Assembly (NCBI GenBank): GCA_020629755.1
Contig: JAHDCS010000005.1
Location: 729 to 64,728, forward strand
Source: Flavobacteriales bacterium
GTDB taxonomy: Bacteria; Bacteroidota; Bacteroidia; Flavobacteriales_G; JALEGO01
Length of the DNA: 64,000 nucleotides
Direction: 5' to 3'
The translations under genes were made by a program, and so were the position numbers. Shown here one piece after another: positions 34,578 to 45,276 of this stretch (the stretch's first letter is position 1; each line of letters opens with the position of its first letter). The notes under the pieces are model-generated. The model was given only the letters and a program-made list of their open reading frames with translations, was not told the DNA's origin and searched no databases.

Positions 34578-34952
34578 TTACTCTGCTGACTCTGGTGAAT
34601 TTGGCAGAGTCTGAGTTGGTGTATTTGCAGGTGGTAAAGCCTGTGGCGCATTATTTTGAAAATCTGTATCGTCATTCTCATCTTCGTACTGTTGCACTTC
34701 ACTCTGTCCTACTTCTTGGCCTTCGCCTGCTGACATATTAATACTAATGGTTGAAAACACACATAACACCACTAGAGCTATGGCTAATCCCCAGGTTATC
34801 TTTTCAATTTCATTTGAAGCGCGAACACCTGCCACTTGTTTAAAAGACCCCATTGATTCGTTTAATCCACCCCCTTTTGCATCTTGAGCCAATACAACTA
34901 GACATAAGAGAATAGAGACCAAAACAATCAGAACTGTAAATACTATAGACAT
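34578..34952 (-). CDS. secG: Preprotein translocase subunit SecG
   Basis: Two TM helices, VLAQDAKGGGL, EKITW; context next to groES. Confidence 0.9.
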   Translation of the reverse strand: MSIVFTVLIVLVSILLCLVVLAQDAKGGGLNESMGSFKQVAGVRASNEIEKITWGLAIALVVLCVFSTISINMSAGEGQEVGQSEVQQYEDENDDTDFQNNAPQALPPANTPTQTLPNSPESAE

Positions 34953-34965
34953 ACTTATTTAATTT

Positions 34966-35670
34966 TTAAGAAGACTTTATTTTTTTAATCTCCTGAATTT
35001 TCTGTGCAAAATAACCCTTTTTTTCTGGAAATAACAAGCTTAGCTTTTGATAATAATACAAGGCCTTGTCATATTTTTTTTGATGAAAATAAATATTTGC
35101 TAAGGTCTCTGAAATCACCTCACCACTATCAACATTACTGATGTCTACCATTTTTTCAGCAGAATAAAAGCTTGCGCTCCCCTGCGCCGCCTTATTATTT
35201 TGCTCGTATTGCTGCATCCAGTCTGTAAATGATAATTTTATGCTTTGTCTGCCAACTGTTTGTTGTTTAACGCTCTTCTCTTTTTTTCGGGGGGATGATT
35301 TTTGATTTAGGGATTGCGCTACCTTAGAAATTGATTCTTCAGTGTGTGTAGTAGACACCTCTTCTTTCAATTGATACGTCTTGGTAAAATCAAGGTTTGT
35401 TTTTTTGGTCTGATCATTTCTGGACGAAGAAGCCTTGTCAACTTGCGCATGAATCAAACTGTATAATACTTCTCTATTATTGATTTTAAAAGCATAATCC
35501 ATCACCTTTTCCTCGAAAAGAATTTTATCAGAAGAATGATAGGCTTTTAAAGCTAACAAATGGACCAAGCTTGAATGCGGAAATTTAGACACATATTCTT
35601 CTAAAAGCTCTACATCTTTTTGAGTAAGCCTTGCATTAGATAATACATTATGAATAGTCTTGTTTACCAA
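34966..35670 (-). CDS. Conserved hypothetical protein with C-terminal TPR-like motif
   Basis: SETLANIY..Q..YDKA...Y.KL.L.FPEK..YFA motif; between lptE and secG. Confidence 0.8.
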   Translation of the reverse strand: MVNKTIHNVLSNARLTQKDVELLEEYVSKFPHSSLVHLLALKAYHSSDKILFEEKVMDYAFKINNREVLYSLIHAQVDKASSSRNDQTKKTNLDFTKTYQLKEEVSTTHTEESISKVAQSLNQKSSPRKKEKSVKQQTVGRQSIKLSFTDWMQQYEQNNKAAQGSASFYSAEKMVDISNVDSGEVISETLANIYFHQKKYDKALYYYQKLSLLFPEKKGYFAQKIQEIKKIKSS

Positions 35671-36170
35671 TTCCCTAAAGCTGCATTAAATATTTCTTGG
35701 GTTAACTGATCGGTAATCTCTCTAATGAGTTCATCTTCAACCGCTGATAAATCTTGAGTGTTGTCAAAATTAAAATCTTTTGGAAAACTCCGCTCAAAAG
35801 ACGCATTCGGATCTGTTAGGTTTACATAGGAAACTCTTACGGTTATCGTTAATTTATTCTGTGCTGCAATTTCATTGCCCTGAACAGAAACAGGGGTAAC
35901 ACGGTAACCGGTTATGGCTCCTGACAATCTTAAATCGCCTTGATCTGTCACTAATTTTAAAGAGGTCTGATTTAAAAATACATCTTTAAGTTTTTCAGTA
36001 AATGTTTGAGAGAGCGAAGCTGGGGCTAAAGGCGCAGTATTTGAAAAAAAATCTACTGAAAATGTCTTTGTCGCTGGATCAATCGCTGCTCCTGTAAACG
36101 AATAATTTACACCTTTACAAGACACTAACAAAATGAGTACACAATAAAAAAATAGCCTACGAAAGTTCAT
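35664..36170 (-). CDS. lptE: LptE-family LPS assembly lipoprotein
   Basis: Lipobox LVSC, YSFTGA, terminal IFN...NW; conserved context. Confidence 0.85.
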   Translation of the reverse strand: MNFRRLFFYCVLILLVSCKGVNYSFTGAAIDPATKTFSVDFFSNTAPLAPASLSQTFTEKLKDVFLNQTSLKLVTDQGDLRLSGAITGYRVTPVSVQGNEIAAQNKLTITVRVSYVNLTDPNASFERSFPKDFNFDNTQDLSAVEDELIREITDQLTQEIFNAALGNW

Positions 36171-37431
36171 ATTCTTTTATCTTACGGTACAAAGTGCGCT
36201 CTGAAATACCCAATTCTTTAGCGGCATTTTTTCTTTTTCCTCTATGTTTTTGCAAGGCCTTTTTGATTAGTTCTTTTTCTTGATCTACAATAGACAAAGA
36301 TTCTTCAATTTCTTGATGCTGCGAAAAATTTTGGTCTGTTTGTATGGGGGATGTATTAATTTGCGGCTCAATAAAAGCACTAGATACTTGATTTTCATTA
36401 AGATCTGAAGACAACAACATTGATGTATTTGATGTATCAGAGAAATCTGAATCATTTAAAAGTGCTATAATTTCTTTCTTGTTCTCATGTACACTCGGAT
36501 CATTTTGCATAATCTTTGCTAAAAGCATTTTAAGCTCACTGACATCTTTTTTCATATCAAAGAGTACCTTATATAAAAGGTCTCGTTCAGAAAAATCATG
36601 TGACCTTTGCCCATCAGAACCCTGCTGCTTTTGAGCCACTACGGGTAAAGTCGCATTGGGCAAATAGCGCATCAAAATATCTTTAGAAATGATACGCTCT
36701 TTTTCAATGACTGAAATCTGCTCAGAGATGTTCTTTAATTGCCTGATATTTCCCGGAAAATAATAATTTTCTAGAGCTGCAATGGCTTCAGGCAAAAGCT
36801 TTACTTGAGGCATTCTATATTTTTGAGCAAAATCTGAAGAAAATTTTCTAAACAATAAATGAATATCTTCTTTTCTATCTCTTAGCGGAGGTAAAAAGAT
36901 AGGTACCGTATTTAATCTATAAAAAAGATCTTCTCTAAACTTATTGTCTTTTATTGCTTGTTCAACATTTACATTAGTGGCTGCAATTACACGTACATTC
37001 GTTTTAATGGGTTTAGACGAACCCACTCTTATAAATTCGCCCGTTTCTAAAACACGCAATAGCCTAACTTGTGTTTGCATGGGCAACTCGGCCACTTCAT
37101 CTAAAAAAATAGTGCCCTGATCAGCCACTTCAAAATACCCTTTGCGCGAAGCACTTGCGCCTGTAAAGGATCCTTTTTCATGACCAAACAACTCTGAATC
37201 TATTGTTCCTTCAGGTATTGCTCCACAATTTACTGCAATATATTGGTGGTGTTTTCTGGCACTTTGCGCATGTATCACCTGCGGAATAGCTTCTTTACCA
37301 ACACCACTTTCTCCTGTGATTAATACAGATAAATCAGTGGGGGCAACCTGTAAAGCCGTATGCAAAGCTCTGTAGAGTTTTTCAGATCGGCCAATAATGC
37401 CAAAACGTTGTTTTATCTGATCTACCGTCAT
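36157..37431 (-). CDS. Sigma-54-dependent Fis-family transcriptional activator without a sensor domain
   Basis: [35 protein letters not shown]-terminal [18 protein letters not shown]. Confidence 0.95.
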   Translation of the reverse strand: MTVDQIKQRFGIIGRSEKLYRALHTALQVAPTDLSVLITGESGVGKEAIPQVIHAQSARKHHQYIAVNCGAIPEGTIDSELFGHEKGSFTGASASRKGYFEVADQGTIFLDEVAELPMQTQVRLLRVLETGEFIRVGSSKPIKTNVRVIAATNVNVEQAIKDNKFREDLFYRLNTVPIFLPPLRDRKEDIHLLFRKFSSDFAQKYRMPQVKLLPEAIAALENYYFPGNIRQLKNISEQISVIEKERIISKDILMRYLPNATLPVVAQKQQGSDGQRSHDFSERDLLYKVLFDMKKDVSELKMLLAKIMQNDPSVHENKKEIIALLNDSDFSDTSNTSMLLSSDLNENQVSSAFIEPQINTSPIQTDQNFSQHQEIEESLSIVDQEKELIKKALQKHRGKRKNAAKELGISERTLYRKIKEYELS

Positions 37432-38795
37432 GCTATTTTACCAATCAAAGTGGCTTTAGTACAATCATCAACCTTTACCTTTACATAGTCTCCTATCTTC
37501 AAAGACGCTTGTTTAGGAAATACTACCACTGCGTTTTGAGAATTTCGCCCAAAAAAGAAATCGTCTGAACGTTTTGAAAACCCCTCTATTAAAACCTCAA
37601 AGGTATGCCCCACCATTTTTTGATTAGAGGTATAGGAATGCTGCATTTGAAGATCAATAACTTCTTGTAGCCTTTTCTTTTTTATTTCTAGAGGGATGTC
37701 ATCTTCAAATTTTCTTTCGGCTAATGTTTTAGGCCGCTCAGAATAATAAAACATGTACGCAAAATCATACTTTACCTCTTGCATTAAAGAAATCGTATCG
37801 GCGTGTTCCAAGGGCGTTTCACCACAAAAGCCCGTAATAATATCTGTTGAAATAGCACAACCAGGTAAAATAGTGCGTATGGCATTAATTCTGTTCAAAT
37901 ACCATTCGCGTGAATATCCTCTATTCATTTTTTTCAAGACATTGCTGTTTCCAGATTGCACAGGCAAATGAATGTATTTGCAAATATTCTGATGTGCCGC
38001 CATAGTGTGCAACACCTCATCGCTCATGTCTTTAGGATGCGAAGTAGAAAATCGCACACGCAATTTTTGATCTACTTTGGCTACCATATCTAGAAGTTGT
38101 GCGAAATTCACAGCAGGTTGCTCAGGGTTCTTTAAAACGCCTTTAGATGTTACATTCCATCGATAAGAATCAACGTTTTGCCCTAAAAGCGTCACTTCTC
38201 TGTAGCCCTTTTTGAAAAGATCCTGACATTCTGAAACAATGGTCTGAGGATCTCTACTTCTTTCTCTTCCTCTTGTAAAAGGCACAACACAAAACGAGCA
38301 CATATTATCACAGCCTCTCATAATAGAAACAAAAGCGGTAACACCATCCTGATTCATTCTCACAGGTGAGATGTCTGCATAGGTTTCTTCGCGACTCAAC
38401 AATACATTCACCGCCTTTCTGCCTTGAGAAACATCCTCCAACAAGTTTGGTATATCGCGATACGCGTCAGGGCCAACCACTAGATCAACAAGCTTTTCTT
38501 GCTCGAGAAGTGTTGATTTTAAGCGTTCTGCCATACATCCCAACACCCCAACTTTAACGCCTTTCTTTTTGGTTTTGCTGTGTTTAAGATTTGTTAATCT
38601 GTTGCGCACAGTTTGCTCGGCTTTTTCGCGAATAGAGCAGGTATTTAAAAAAATAAAGTCTGCTTCATTTTCGTTTTTAGTGACCCCATAGCCCTCTTTG
38701 GTCATGATTGACGCCACAATTTCAGAATCTGAAAAATTCATTTGACAACCGTAGCTCTCAATAAAAAATTTTTTTCTCTCTTTTTCTTTCAGCAT
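37428..38795 (-). CDS. miaB: tRNA methylthiotransferase MiaB
   Basis: [16 protein letters not shown]-terminal TRAM domain. Confidence 0.97.
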   Translation of the reverse strand: MLKEKERKKFFIESYGCQMNFSDSEIVASIMTKEGYGVTKNENEADFIFLNTCSIREKAEQTVRNRLTNLKHSKTKKKGVKVGVLGCMAERLKSTLLEQEKLVDLVVGPDAYRDIPNLLEDVSQGRKAVNVLLSREETYADISPVRMNQDGVTAFVSIMRGCDNMCSFCVVPFTRGRERSRDPQTIVSECQDLFKKGYREVTLLGQNVDSYRWNVTSKGVLKNPEQPAVNFAQLLDMVAKVDQKLRVRFSTSHPKDMSDEVLHTMAAHQNICKYIHLPVQSGNSNVLKKMNRGYSREWYLNRINAIRTILPGCAISTDIITGFCGETPLEHADTISLMQEVKYDFAYMFYYSERPKTLAERKFEDDIPLEIKKKRLQEVIDLQMQHSYTSNQKMVGHTFEVLIEGFSKRSDDFFFGRNSQNAVVVFPKQASLKIGDYVKVKVDDCTKATLIGKIA

Positions 38796-38805
38796 AATTA
38801 GACGA

Positions 38806-38837
38806 CAAACTTACCAGTTTTCAGCGTTACTGTCAAA
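38806..38837 (-). promoter_or_regulatory. Bacteroidota housekeeping promoter for the miaB operon
   Basis: TTTG (38834-38837)-N20-TAAGTTTG (38806-38813) on - strand. Confidence 0.7.
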
Positions 38838-38895
38838 AAGTCAGCTGTTAAAAAACATAAATTATTTCTGGGGGGATTAAAACAAAATGCTCTTC

Positions 38896-38927
38896 TTGAC
38901 ATTTAGAAGGTTATTTTTATATGTTTG
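38896..38927 (+). promoter_or_regulatory. Bacteroidota housekeeping promoter for topA
   Basis: TTG-N21-TATGTTTG. Confidence 0.7.
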
Positions 38928-38951
38928 TAACAACTTTTAATCTAATCAAGC

Positions 38952-41249
38952 ATGAACTTAGTTATTGTAGAGTCGCCGGCTAAAGCCAAAACAATTGAAG
39001 GTTTTTTAGGGAAGGATTTTACAGTAAAATCAAGCTACGGACACGTACGTGATATTAAAAAGAAAGGCATTTCTATTGATATAGAAAATGATTTTTTACC
39101 CGATTACCAAATCCTTCCAGATAAAAAAGAGGTGGTTAAAGAACTCAAAGATCTTTCAAAAAAAGCATCTGTTGTTTGGCTTGCCACCGATGAAGATCGT
39201 GAAGGAGAGGCCATTTCATGGCACTTATTTGAAGCCTTAAAACTTAAAGAAGAAAACACCAAACGAATTGTATTTAATGAAATTACCAAGTCTGCGATTT
39301 TAAAAGCCATTGAAAATCCTCGAAAAATTAACCAAGAATTGGTGAATGCCCAACAAGCCCGAAGAGTGCTTGACCGTTTGGTCGGATTTGAATTATCGCC
39401 TGTACTTTGGCGAAAAGTTCGCCCGTCTCTTTCTGCTGGACGAGTACAGTCTGTGGCGGTGCGTTTGATTGCTGAGAGAGAAAATGAGATTGAGTCATTC
39501 ATTCCAAGTTCTTTTTTTAAAACTACGGCTGTGTTCACCAATCAAGATGGGCAAGTTTTTAAAGCTGAATACCATAAAAGATTAGAAGATAAATCACAAG
39601 CTACTAAGCTTTTAGAATCCTGTAAAGATCAAGTATTCACAGTCAATAGCTTAGAAAAAAAACCTTCAAAAAGAAAACCCACAGCGCCCTTTACCACCTC
39701 CACCCTTCAACAAGAAGCCAGCAGAAAACTTGGCTTCTCAGTCTCAAAAACCATGTTAGTCGCTCAAAAACTGTATGAAAGCGGTAAAATAACCTACATG
39801 CGTACCGATTCTGTCAATTTATCTGAAACCGCTATAGAAGGCGCCAAAAGCCACATTATTAACAGCTATGGCGAGAATTATTCTAATCCCACACAATACA
39901 AAGGCAAGGCAAAAGGAGCACAAGAAGCACACGAAGCCATTCGACCAGTGTATCTTGACAAACCAAACATAGAAGCAGAAGCAGATTTCATTCGTTTGTA
40001 TGACTTAATTTTTAAGCGCACTATTGCTTCACAAATGGCTGAAGCAAAACTTGAAAAAACTACTGCTAAAATAACAAGCAGCGCAGTTGATGGACACTTC
40101 ACCGCTAAAGGTGAAATGATTGTATTTGATGGATTTTTAAAAGTCTACCAAGAATCTTTAGATATTGAAGATTCGCAAGATCAATCTGGCATGCTCCCAA
40201 AACTTTCAGAAGGTGATCATATCGGATGCAATCAAATTAGTTCTGTAGAACGTTTCACAATGCCTCCCGCGAGATATACAGAGGCAAGTTTAGTTAAAAA
40301 GTTAGAAGAAAAAGGCATCGGTCGTCCTTCTACCTATGCGCCTACTATTTCTACAATTCAAAAAAGAGGTTATGTAGTGAAAGAAAGTCGCGACGGAAAA
40401 CAAAGAACCTACACTGAACTCATTCTTGAAAATTCGGCTCTATCATCCTCTGAAAAAACAGAAATAACAGGAGCCACTAAAAACAAACTCTTTCCAACAG
40501 ATATCGGACGGGTGGTCAATGGTTTTTTGGTCAAAAACTTTGAGACCATTTTAGATTACAATTTTACTGCCAATGTTGAAAAACAGTTCGATGATATCGC
40601 GTCTGGAGCATTAAAATGGCAAAAAATGATCGATGGCTTTTACAAGCCTTTCCATGTTAAGGTAGAAGACACCCTTGAAAATGCAGAAGCCGCAAGAGGG
40701 CAAAAATTACTCGGACAAGACCCTAAAACTGGCAAAAATGTTTATGTAAAAATTGGCAAATACGGCCCTATTGTACAATTAGGCGAAACTGAATCTGAAG
40801 AAAAACCCAAATTTGCTAGTATTACTGGCGATTCAACACTCGGAAACATCACCCTTGAGCAAGCACTATCGCTTTTAGATTATCCCAAACATATTGGCTC
40901 CTATGAAGAAGAAGATATGCTGGCTGCCATTGGCAGGTTTGGCCCTTATGTGAAGTGGAAGGGCAAGTTCTTTTCTATAAAAGAACCATACCATATTGAT
41001 TCATTAACTCAAGAAGAGTCTATAGAACTTATCAAAGCAAAATTAATTGAAGATGCTAAAAAGAATATTTTAAGCTTTGACTCTGAAGACCCACCTATTC
41101 TTGTCTTAAATGGCAAATACGGTCCTTATATAAAGCAAGGCAAAAAAAATTATAAAATCCCAAAAGATAAAACCCCTGAAAAATTAACCTTAGAAGAGTG
41201 TAAAGAAATTATTGCGACTCCAAAAAAGCCCAGAAAAAAAAAGAAATAA
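38952..41249 (+). CDS. topA: DNA topoisomerase I
   Basis: IVESPAKAK, ATDEDREGE, SAGRVQ, ITYMRTDS, C-terminal GKYGPY repeats. Confidence 0.98.
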   Translation: MNLVIVESPAKAKTIEGFLGKDFTVKSSYGHVRDIKKKGISIDIENDFLPDYQILPDKKEVVKELKDLSKKASVVWLATDEDREGEAISWHLFEALKLKEENTKRIVFNEITKSAILKAIENPRKINQELVNAQQARRVLDRLVGFELSPVLWRKVRPSLSAGRVQSVAVRLIAERENEIESFIPSSFFKTTAVFTNQDGQVFKAEYHKRLEDKSQATKLLESCKDQVFTVNSLEKKPSKRKPTAPFTTSTLQQEASRKLGFSVSKTMLVAQKLYESGKITYMRTDSVNLSETAIEGAKSHIINSYGENYSNPTQYKGKAKGAQEAHEAIRPVYLDKPNIEAEADFIRLYDLIFKRTIASQMAEAKLEKTTAKITSSAVDGHFTAKGEMIVFDGFLKVYQESLDIEDSQDQSGMLPKLSEGDHIGCNQISSVERFTMPPARYTEASLVKKLEEKGIGRPSTYAPTISTIQKRGYVVKESRDGKQRTYTELILENSALSSSEKTEITGATKNKLFPTDIGRVVNGFLVKNFETILDYNFTANVEKQFDDIASGALKWQKMIDGFYKPFHVKVEDTLENAEAARGQKLLGQDPKTGKNVYVKIGKYGPIVQLGETESEEKPKFASITGDSTLGNITLEQALSLLDYPKHIGSYEEEDMLAAIGRFGPYVKWKGKFFSIKEPYHIDSLTQEESIELIKAKLIEDAKKNILSFDSEDPPILVLNGKYGPYIKQGKKNYKIPKDKTPEKLTLEECKEIIATPKKPRKKKK

Positions 41250-41255
41250 GCGCGG

Positions 41256-42422
41256 ATGGACATTGATATTTTCTTAAAACCAATAGATCATCAAAAAATA
41301 GAGATCAAAAAAAACAGCTTTGGCGATCTTATCTCTTCATATACCACACCGGGCGATATCCCCTCAATAGAACAGGTCGATTTATGTATTATCGGTGTTC
41401 TTGAAGACAGAGGTACCATAAATAACAAAGGCTGCGCTTTAGCTCCTGATGAAATAAGGGCTCAACTCTACGCGCTTTATCCAAATTTTCATGCCGAAGC
41501 CAAGATTGCCGATTTAGGCAACATCCACCCTGGCAAAACATTATCTGACACCTACTTTGCAGTGAGCGAAGTGGTGAGCTATTTGCATCAAAACAATATT
41601 ACAGTCATTATTTTAGGAGGGTCTCAAGACATTACCTTTGCTAATTATTTAGCCTATCAAAAACAAGAAAAAATCATTAACCTGGTTTGCATTGATCGTA
41701 AACTAGACATTAATAATACCAAAGAGATTTGTGCTGATAATTTTGTAAATAAAATTATTTTGCATCAACCCAACTTCTTATTCAACTTTTCAAACATTGG
41801 ATTTCAAACCTATTTTGACTCCCAACAGTCAATTGATTTGATGCAAAAAATGCATTTTGATTTATTTAGACTTGGCGAGATTAATAAAGAAAACATAAAA
41901 GAAGTAGAGCCTGTATTGCGAAACACTGATATGGTATCTATCGATTTATCTGCTGTTCGGGCGTCTGATGCACCAGCCACTGCCTTTTCTTCGCCCAATG
42001 GCTTGTATGGCGAAGAGCTCTGCCAACTTACATGGTATTGTGGGCTTTCAGATAAAGTGAGTAGTATTGGCTTTTACGAAACCAACATAACCTTAGACAA
42101 GAAAAAACAAAGCACACATTTAATCGCACAATCTATCTGGTATTTCATTTCTGGCTACTACAAACGCAGAAAAGAATCCCCCATAAACGACAAAGAAAAC
42201 TTTTTGACATTTCGTGTGATCATAGAAGAAGGTGGTCAAGAAATTACCTTTTTAAAAAGTACAATCAGTGACCGATGGTGGATGCAAGTGCCTTATCCAA
42301 CTAACGAAGAACATCGTTATGCCTCTCAGCAATTGGTGCCTTGTTCTTACAGCGACTATCAAAAAGCTTGCAATGAAGATATTCCCGAAAGATGGTGGAA
42401 AACATTTCAAAAACTTTTGTAA
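41256..42422 (+). CDS. Arginase-family / formimidoylglutamase-like protein
   Basis: IADLGN, ILGGSQD, SPNGLYGEE; usual position between topA and gldK. Confidence 0.8.
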   Translation: MDIDIFLKPIDHQKIEIKKNSFGDLISSYTTPGDIPSIEQVDLCIIGVLEDRGTINNKGCALAPDEIRAQLYALYPNFHAEAKIADLGNIHPGKTLSDTYFAVSEVVSYLHQNNITVIILGGSQDITFANYLAYQKQEKIINLVCIDRKLDINNTKEICADNFVNKIILHQPNFLFNFSNIGFQTYFDSQQSIDLMQKMHFDLFRLGEINKENIKEVEPVLRNTDMVSIDLSAVRASDAPATAFSSPNGLYGEELCQLTWYCGLSDKVSSIGFYETNITLDKKKQSTHLIAQSIWYFISGYYKRRKESPINDKENFLTFRVIIEEGGQEITFLKSTISDRWWMQVPYPTNEEHRYASQQLVPCSYSDYQKACNEDIPERWWKTFQKLL

Positions 42423-42444
42423 CCTTTAGTGGCCCTTCTTCGTT
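42418..42444 (+). promoter_or_regulatory. Putative ECF-sigma promoter upstream of porP-gldK
   Basis: TGTAAC-N17-CGTT; same motif recurs before gldL and other secreted-protein genes. Confidence 0.5.
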
Positions 42445-42564
42445 AGAAAGCTCTAAAAGCTGATTTTACAGCAATTTAAAAAACAAGTTAAATTTAATTT
42501 TCATAGTACTGTTTTTTTGTGTAATTTAGCCTAAATAAACTGTAGTATTTAAAACTCGGTATAA

Positions 42565-43542
42565 ATGAGAAAATATATATCCTATCTATCTTTTGGTGTT
42601 TGTTCACTTTTGTTTTCTGTGGGGGGATTTGCCCAACAAGACCCACAATTTTCACAAAACATGTTCAATAGACAGTTTCCTAACCCCGGTTTTGTAGGCA
42701 GTAAAAATGCCATTTGTGGTACATTATTGGCACGTCACCAATGGACGGGATTCAACGGTAAGCCAGAAACCTATTTATTTACAGCACACATGCCTTTATC
42801 TATGGTGACTGATCTACCTATTGGGGCTGGTCTTTCAGTTTATAATGATGGACTGGGTAATTTTAATTACACGGGGTTTAAAGCAGCTGGGTCTTACCGC
42901 TTTACATTGGGTGTTGGTATTTTAGGTGTAGGCGTTTCTCTAGGAATGGTTAATGTGAAGGTGAATAACGATTGGTTAGCCTTGCAGGATGTTTCTTTAG
43001 ACCCTACTATTCCTGATAATGGCGTAAATAAAATTACTTTTGATGCCGATTTAGGCGGATATTACGAAATTAAAGACAAGCTCTATGTAGGTCTTTCAAT
43101 GCTTCACTTGCCAGCTACTACTCTTAAGAAGGATTTAGGTGCAGATCAATTTTCATATAAGGTAGCACGTCACTACTACATTATGGCTGGGTACCAATAC
43201 AATTTCCAGAGTTTAGACCTTTCACTTTTGCCATCCGCGTTTATTAAAACAGATGGCTCTTCTACTCAGATGGATTTTAACGTGATTGCCTTATACAAAA
43301 AAATGTTCTGGGCAGGGGCATCGTACCGTTTGCAAGATGCTATTGCACCAATGATTGGGGTACAAAAAGAAGGCTTAATCAAAAAAGGAACGCTTAAGGT
43401 AGGGTATTCATACGATGTAACAACTTCTACTTTAAAAAATTACAGCAATGGTTCTCATGAAATTATGGTTGGCTTTTGCTATGACATAGAAAAAGAAGAA
43501 AAAGCAGAAAAACGACAAATTATTCGCTTAATTGGTAGATAA
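42565..43542 (+). CDS. porP: T9SS membrane protein PorP/SprF family
   Basis: QQDPQFSQ..FN....NPG, R.QW.G, GYSYD, GSHEI; directly upstream of gldK. Confidence 0.92.
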   Translation: MRKYISYLSFGVCSLLFSVGGFAQQDPQFSQNMFNRQFPNPGFVGSKNAICGTLLARHQWTGFNGKPETYLFTAHMPLSMVTDLPIGAGLSVYNDGLGNFNYTGFKAAGSYRFTLGVGILGVGVSLGMVNVKVNNDWLALQDVSLDPTIPDNGVNKITFDADLGGYYEIKDKLYVGLSMLHLPATTLKKDLGADQFSYKVARHYYIMAGYQYNFQSLDLSLLPSAFIKTDGSSTQMDFNVIALYKKMFWAGASYRLQDAIAPMIGVQKEGLIKKGTLKVGYSYDVTTSTLKNYSNGSHEIMVGFCYDIEKEEKAEKRQIIRLIGR

Positions 43543-43600
43543 ACAATATTATTGTTTTAAATAACGTTATTTTAATATGTTAAATTCTAAGCTCAATACA

Positions 43601-44932
43601 ATGAATATCTATAAGCAAATTCAATTGCTAGTGGTTTTCTTTGTATCAGGATTTTTTACTTCTTGCGATAATAGTGGGCAAGGGCAGTTAATTGGCGTTC
43701 AAGGAAGGCAAATGTGGTATCAACCAGATCCTTTTGGTACGCTTTACATTCCTATGGGGAGTTATGTCATGGGGCCTTCAGATCAAGATGTGGCTTTTGC
43801 GAGTACCACAAAATCAAAAACGGTTTCTATCCAAGCTTTTTACATGGATCAAACGGAAATCACTAACAATGAATATCGTCAATTCGTGTACTATGTGAGA
43901 GACTCAATTATGAGACAAGTACTTGGCAATAGTGGATATGAAGAATTTTTAATCACAGAAGATTATTATGGAGAACCTCTAGAAATCCCTAAAATTAATT
44001 GGGATGAACGCATTGATTTTTCAGATCCTGAAATCATGCAGATTTTAGAACCTGAAATTTACGTGCCTTTCCATGAACGATTTAAGGGAAGGAAAGAAGT
44101 AGATGCCCGAAAATTAGATTACAAGTACTCTTGGATAGACTATAAAGACGCAGCACGTAAATCTCCAACATCAAAAGGCGATAAATTAAGAGAAAGAGGT
44201 TTAGAAGATCGTTCTGTGTTTATCAAAGAGGACATTATTAATGTGTATCCAGACACTTTATGTTGGATTCATGATTTCACTTACTCTTTTAATGAGCCAA
44301 TGACTAAAATGTATTTTTCTCACCCGGCTTATGATGAATACCCTGTTGTTGGTGTATCCTGGAAACAAGCACGTGCATTTTCAATTTGGAGAACTGATCT
44401 TATGAATGGTTTTTTAGCACAGGTAGGCAGTGCTGGTGTGCAAGATTTTAGATTGCCTACAGAATCTGAATGGGAATATGCCGCCAGAGGAGGTTTAGAC
44501 CAGTCGCCTTATCCGTGGGGTGGTCCTTATATTAGAAACCTACAAGGGTGTTTCTTAGGTAACTTTAAACCTTTAAGAGGTAACTACGTTGATGATGGAG
44601 GTTTTCATACTGTGAAATCTACCTCATATTCACCAAATGATTATGGCTTATATTGTATGGCTGGTAACGTTGCGGAATGGACTAGTAATGCCTTTGATGA
44701 ATCATCCTTTGATTTTGCACATGACTTAAACATGGATTATGTTTACGACGCAAAAGATGATGATGCTCCAGTACTTAAAAGAAAAGTAATTCGTGGAGGA
44801 TCATGGAAAGATGTCGGTTTTTACCTTCAAAATGGTACTAGAACGTATGAGTATCAAGATACCGGTAAGTGTTACATCGGCTTTAGAAATGTGATGACCT
44901 ACATGGGGCGTTCTAAAGGAGACGATATTTAA
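43601..44932 (+). CDS. gldK: Gliding/T9SS lipoprotein GldK (PorK)
   Basis: Lipobox FTSC, FGE-sulfatase fold (TEITNNEY, RLPTESEWEYAARGG, RGGSWKD), YPDTLCW. Confidence 0.95.
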   Translation: MNIYKQIQLLVVFFVSGFFTSCDNSGQGQLIGVQGRQMWYQPDPFGTLYIPMGSYVMGPSDQDVAFASTTKSKTVSIQAFYMDQTEITNNEYRQFVYYVRDSIMRQVLGNSGYEEFLITEDYYGEPLEIPKINWDERIDFSDPEIMQILEPEIYVPFHERFKGRKEVDARKLDYKYSWIDYKDAARKSPTSKGDKLRERGLEDRSVFIKEDIINVYPDTLCWIHDFTYSFNEPMTKMYFSHPAYDEYPVVGVSWKQARAFSIWRTDLMNGFLAQVGSAGVQDFRLPTESEWEYAARGGLDQSPYPWGGPYIRNLQGCFLGNFKPLRGNYVDDGGFHTVKSTSYSPNDYGLYCMAGNVAEWTSNAFDESSFDFAHDLNMDYVYDAKDDDAPVLKRKVIRGGSWKDVGFYLQNGTRTYEYQDTGKCYIGFRNVMTYMGRSKGDDI

Positions 44933-45222
44933 TCAGGGTACCTGTACCTAATTGCTTTATAAGGCTTTTCATTTATTTGTTTTTTTGTTCTGCCATCTAT
45001 CTTAAGAGATAATTTAGCTCTAGCTTCATTCTTGGCTTGAATTTTCGTTCTTTTCTTCAAGGAAAAGGACAAAACATAAGGATAGAAGAAAATAACTTAA
45101 AAAAAGGGGTATATACAGATTTAAACTACTTGACAAAGCTTGCATAAATCCTGAATTCACAGGTCATAATTGGTAATTTAACTTTTTTTTGGCCGTATTT
45201 TTAAAAAAAATTGTATTGTTGT

Positions 45223-45248
45223 TGTAACCAATCAAAAGATTGGCCGTT
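45223..45248 (+). promoter_or_regulatory. Putative ECF-sigma promoter upstream of gldL
   Basis: TGTAAC-N16-CGTT; second copy GGTAAT-N16-CGTA at 45172-45197. Confidence 0.5.
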
Positions 45249-45276
45249 ATAGGTTAAAAATTTAAAACAAAACATT

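Noticed and set aside
43601-45276. FGE-sulfatase (C-type-lectin fold) gene followed by a long spacer, as in DGR targets
   Set aside because: The gene is gldK; the spacer shows no similarity to its 3' end and no reverse transcriptase is present
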